Of a DNA stretch of 64,000 nt, positions 61,509 to 64,000 are shown in pieces (positions within the stretch are counted from its first letter, which is position 1; each line of letters starts with the position of its first letter). Made by a program: the position numbers and the translations under genes. This stretch comes from a virus. The stretch spans positions 1 to 64,000 of IMG/VR virus record IMGVR_UViG_3300013307_000003. One strand, given 5' to 3'. The notes below the pieces were generated by a model. That model searched no databases. It was not told where the DNA came from and was given only the letters and a program-made list of their open reading frames with translations.

Positions 61509-62209
61509 ACATACCCTACGTCTCGGAAATCGGGCTTGAGGTCCACATCCAAGACCCAGACCTCGATCAGACGTGGGTGGGGGTGCAGGCGGAGCGCGTG
61601 CTCGTGCAGGTGCTCGGTGAACTGCAAGCGCCGGTCGGACTGCACGGGGCGGGCGGCACAGGGAGGCAGTTCGTTCCGACGACCGAGACGCGCATTTTCG
61701 ACGGCAATGGCTATCCTGAACTACCAGTGGACGACATCGTTCCGGGCACGCCACTCACCGTGACCTGTTACGGCGCTGCCTATCCCGACGTGCTCTTGAA
61801 GTACAACGGCTACAATCGCGGCCATAACACTCTCATCCGTCCGCAGTCGTCGGGCGCGATCCTCGGGGCCTCCTACGGGCTTTCGGGCATCTTTGCGCTC
61901 GGCATCCAGAACATCAGCGTCACGACGACGTGGGGTTTCGCGGCGGCACTTCCGAACGACGTTTCGCAGGCGATCCTCGACGAGTGCACGGCGCGCATCC
62001 TGCGGTATCAGGACCTGGGGTTGGACGGCGCTGGCGAGTCGCTGAAGATCGGGAGTTTTGAGGTTGACACGAGCGGGGGCGCTAAGAACTGGATGAACTC
62101 CGCGAGCGTGCCGCAGCTTCAGAAAAATTTCGCGAACGTGATTATGGCTTACCGAAGCCGTGGCAACGATAAACTCAAGCGCATCGCGGCGGGCAAGAGG
62201 ATGAGCTGA
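61493..62209 (+). CDS. Head-tail adaptor
   Basis: ETRIFDGNG and NISVTTTWGF..LPNDV.QA motifs; position after the capsid. Confidence 0.75.
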   Translation: MPDSLNIPYVSEIGLEVHIQDPDLDQTWVGVQAERVLVQVLGELQAPVGLHGAGGTGRQFVPTTETRIFDGNGYPELPVDDIVPGTPLTVTCYGAAYPDVLLKYNGYNRGHNTLIRPQSSGAILGASYGLSGIFALGIQNISVTTTWGFAAALPNDVSQAILDECTARILRYQDLGLDGAGESLKIGSFEVDTSGGAKNWMNSASVPQLQKNFANVIMAYRSRGNDKLKRIAAGKRMS

Positions 62210-62210
62210 C

Positions 62211-62552
62211 ATGGGCATCTCTGCGGCGAAGGCGAAGCGGCTCGCGACGAAGCGCATCAAGCAGAAGGGCTGTCTGACAACCATTAATGGCTCGGCCGCA
62301 GTTCCCTCTGTGTGGACGGAAGCCGGGATGGAGCGCATTCAAACCTTCCTCAGCGAGAATGAATACAACAAAGAGAGCTACGAGATACGGTTCCAGGCGA
62401 GTGCGCTCGCAAGCCCATACCTGCTCTCGAACGGTTCTGAGATCAAGCGGACGCTCGACGGATGGACGGGCGTGGTAAGGGGCATGATCCCACACCACGT
62501 CGGGAACACATTCGCAGCGGTTACGGTTCTCGTGGTGCTGACTACCAAATGA
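62211..62552 (+). CDS. Putative head-closure protein
   Basis: Size and position in the neck gene order. Confidence 0.5.
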   Translation: MGISAAKAKRLATKRIKQKGCLTTINGSAAVPSVWTEAGMERIQTFLSENEYNKESYEIRFQASALASPYLLSNGSEIKRTLDGWTGVVRGMIPHHVGNTFAAVTVLVVLTTK

Positions 62553-63106
62553 TCGAGAAAATAAGCGCAAAACTGTTGACGATCCTCGCTGCCGATTCCC
62601 GCCTTTACGCAGGCGGGAATTCTTATGCCCCTGGCTGGACGGGCGTCAAGCGCGAGTCGCTCGGGGACACGCCAACAGCAGGTTACGTCAACCTCTTCGA
62701 CAAGTCCCACGACCCGGACGGTGTGGGGCACAGTCCGGGTATCTACGTTGGGACGCGGGGATTAGAGGCAACCGATGACGAGGAGTTCGAAGTTCAGTCG
62801 GGGACCGGGCGCGTCGAACTGCGCCTTCTCACCGTGCCGCTCTACATCACGTGCCTCGCGACGGACAAGTACACCGCTCGGAAGATGCGCAACCAACTGC
62901 GCCGAAACGTGAAGGTGATCCTGATGACCCAGATCGTCGTGACGGACTACTGGTACGGACTAGAGATGCCCGGCGGGGCCGGGAGCATCACGAACGAACG
63001 CGTCTGGACGACGGCCACCGGCGGCGGCACTCAGCAATCGGCGGAAGGGATCGCGATCGTACCGGTCCGCATTCACTACAGTTGGAACCCGACCTGCGAC
63101 GCGTGA
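62549..63106 (+). CDS. Putative tail terminator
   Basis: Size, position immediately before the tail tube gene. Confidence 0.5.
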   Translation: MIEKISAKLLTILAADSRLYAGGNSYAPGWTGVKRESLGDTPTAGYVNLFDKSHDPDGVGHSPGIYVGTRGLEATDDEEFEVQSGTGRVELRLLTVPLYITCLATDKYTARKMRNQLRRNVKVILMTQIVVTDYWYGLEMPGGAGSITNERVWTTATGGGTQQSAEGIAIVPVRIHYSWNPTCDA

Positions 63107-63157
63107 GCAGGTCTTATTACCGTATGCATACCGCTCTGGCGGTTTGAGGAGAATGAC

Positions 63158-64000
63158 ATGGCAAACCCGCAATCAGGTCGTCAGAGCATCGTGGGACTTG
63201 GCATCGAATCGGCGTTCCGGTCCGCACCGCTCACTTCGCTTGGAGCGAACGTTTACAACGTCGGGATCGTTAACACAAACCCGATGCGCTTCTTCATCGC
63301 GGAGCCGGGCGGCGGCTTCTCCGATGGCACGACGAAGGATGTCGGAACGGACGAACAGGACGGCGACTCCGAAATCAATCGCGTAACACTCACCGGGAAG
63401 AATTACCAGGGGAAGGACAGCGCGAAGCTCGACCCAGAGAATTTGTATTACCCGGCGCTCGGTATCTTCGGGCGCGACGTTGAATCGACGCTTGCAGCGG
63501 GTGCCCTCAAGCACGTCTTCACGCCGACCGTGCGGCACATGCCCTCTTTTGTGATGGAGGAGCAGTACGGGGATGCGTCGAGCGGACGACTCTCGACCGG
63601 ACTGATTTTCCCTGGTCTTCACATCACGCACGGCGCTGTCCTGACGTGGCAGGCCGACTACTACGCGCACCGACAAATCCCGAACCGTTACCCGGCAGGC
63701 GGCGGCATCGACACCGATTACGACTTCACGAACGCCGCGGCGCTTCTGCCTTCGCAGCTTGGCGGCGATGGCACGAAGCAGGTGAAACTCAACCTCGCGC
63801 CGACCGCGATCGACGTGGCAGAGGGGAACTGCGGGAACGGTCCGCTGGTGTGGGGGAACATGCGGTTCGGCAACGAGTCGGGGTTCTCGAACACCTTCGT
63901 AACGCTCAACGATTCGGCGGTCGATGCGCGCATTCAGCCTGGGTGGGTTCTTGACCTCATCCGCGACATTGAGAGCCACATGTCGGGCGGGAGTGGATTC
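63158..64000 (+). CDS. Major tail (tube) protein, 3'-truncated, absent from the ORF track
   Basis: GAGGAG site; MANPQSGRQSIVGLGIESAF...LKHVFTP...PSFVME; no stop in the part translated by hand. Confidence 0.75.
   Translation, partial: MANPQSGRQSIVGLGIESAFRSAPLTSLGANVYNVGIVNTNPMRFFIAEPGGGFSDGTTKDVGTDEQDGDSEINRVTLTGKNYQGKDSAKLDPENLYYPALGIFGRDVESTLAAGALKHVFTPTVRHMPSFVMEEQYGDASSGRLSTGLIFPGLHITHGAVLTWQADYYAHRQIPNRYPAGGGIDTDYDFTNAAALLPSQLGGDGTKQVKLNLAPTAIDVAEGNCGNGPLVWGNMRFGNESGFSNTFVTLNDSAVDARIQPGWVLDLIRDIESHMSGGSGF

Larger units (their letters stand above)
1..64000. mobile_element. Temperate tailed phage genome, partial, circularly permuted
   Basis: TerS/TerL/portal/scaffold/capsid/neck/tail tube, lysis, replication, XRE switch and tyrosine integrase are all present; no host housekeeping genes seen. 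Confidence 0.97.

Noticed and set aside
7466-63979. Long antisense or alternate-frame ORFs (e.g. 7466-8557, 47726-48787, 59139-60158, 59570-60286, 63173-63979)
   Set aside because: Shadows of GC-rich real genes, with no motifs or start signals
1-64000. CRISPR array, diversity-generating retroelement or retron
   Set aside because: No regularly spaced repeats and no reverse-transcriptase motifs seen; the one long repeat pair differs at mixed bases, not only adenines
1-64000. Genome-wide stop-codon reassignment
   Set aside because: Core genes are intact in the standard code and end in TAA, TAG and TGA; only one internal stop was found

Overview
The whole window is a tailed, temperate (siphovirus-like) phage genome of roughly 60% GC by eye. 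It appears to be the free, circularly permuted form: tail/appendage genes open the window, the tail-tube gene closes it, and the repressor-integrase region lies mid-window with no host DNA beside it. Gene order: tail appendage proteins and lysis genes (1-14.5 kb, +); a long leftward early region with replication initiator, Bet, DNA methyltransferase, PAPS-reductase-like, DUF2303 and many small ORFs (14.5-33.7 kb, -); a divergent XRE switch and tyrosine integrase (33.8-36.0 kb); accessory ORFs (36-43.9 kb); then TerS, TerL, portal, scaffold, P22-coat-like capsid, neck and tail tube (44-64 kb, +). The strongest candidate for a new system is a sugar-synthesis and transfer cassette inside the head module: GmhA, three class I methyltransferases, a dual-specificity phosphatase, two PLOD-like glycosyltransferases, a B12 radical SAM enzyme, a GT-B enzyme, and a GT9 heptosyltransferase-like gene just after the capsid gene. 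This suggests virion decoration with a methylated heptose glycan. Also notable are a tRNA-shaped ncRNA ending in ACCA, two HNH cassettes sharing a covarying ribosome-binding-site-sequestering leader, a pseudoknotted element after the capsid gene, a promoter-terminator sRNA, and several small regulator/operator modules. All protein calls come from motif recognition by eye; no database search or folding program was run.
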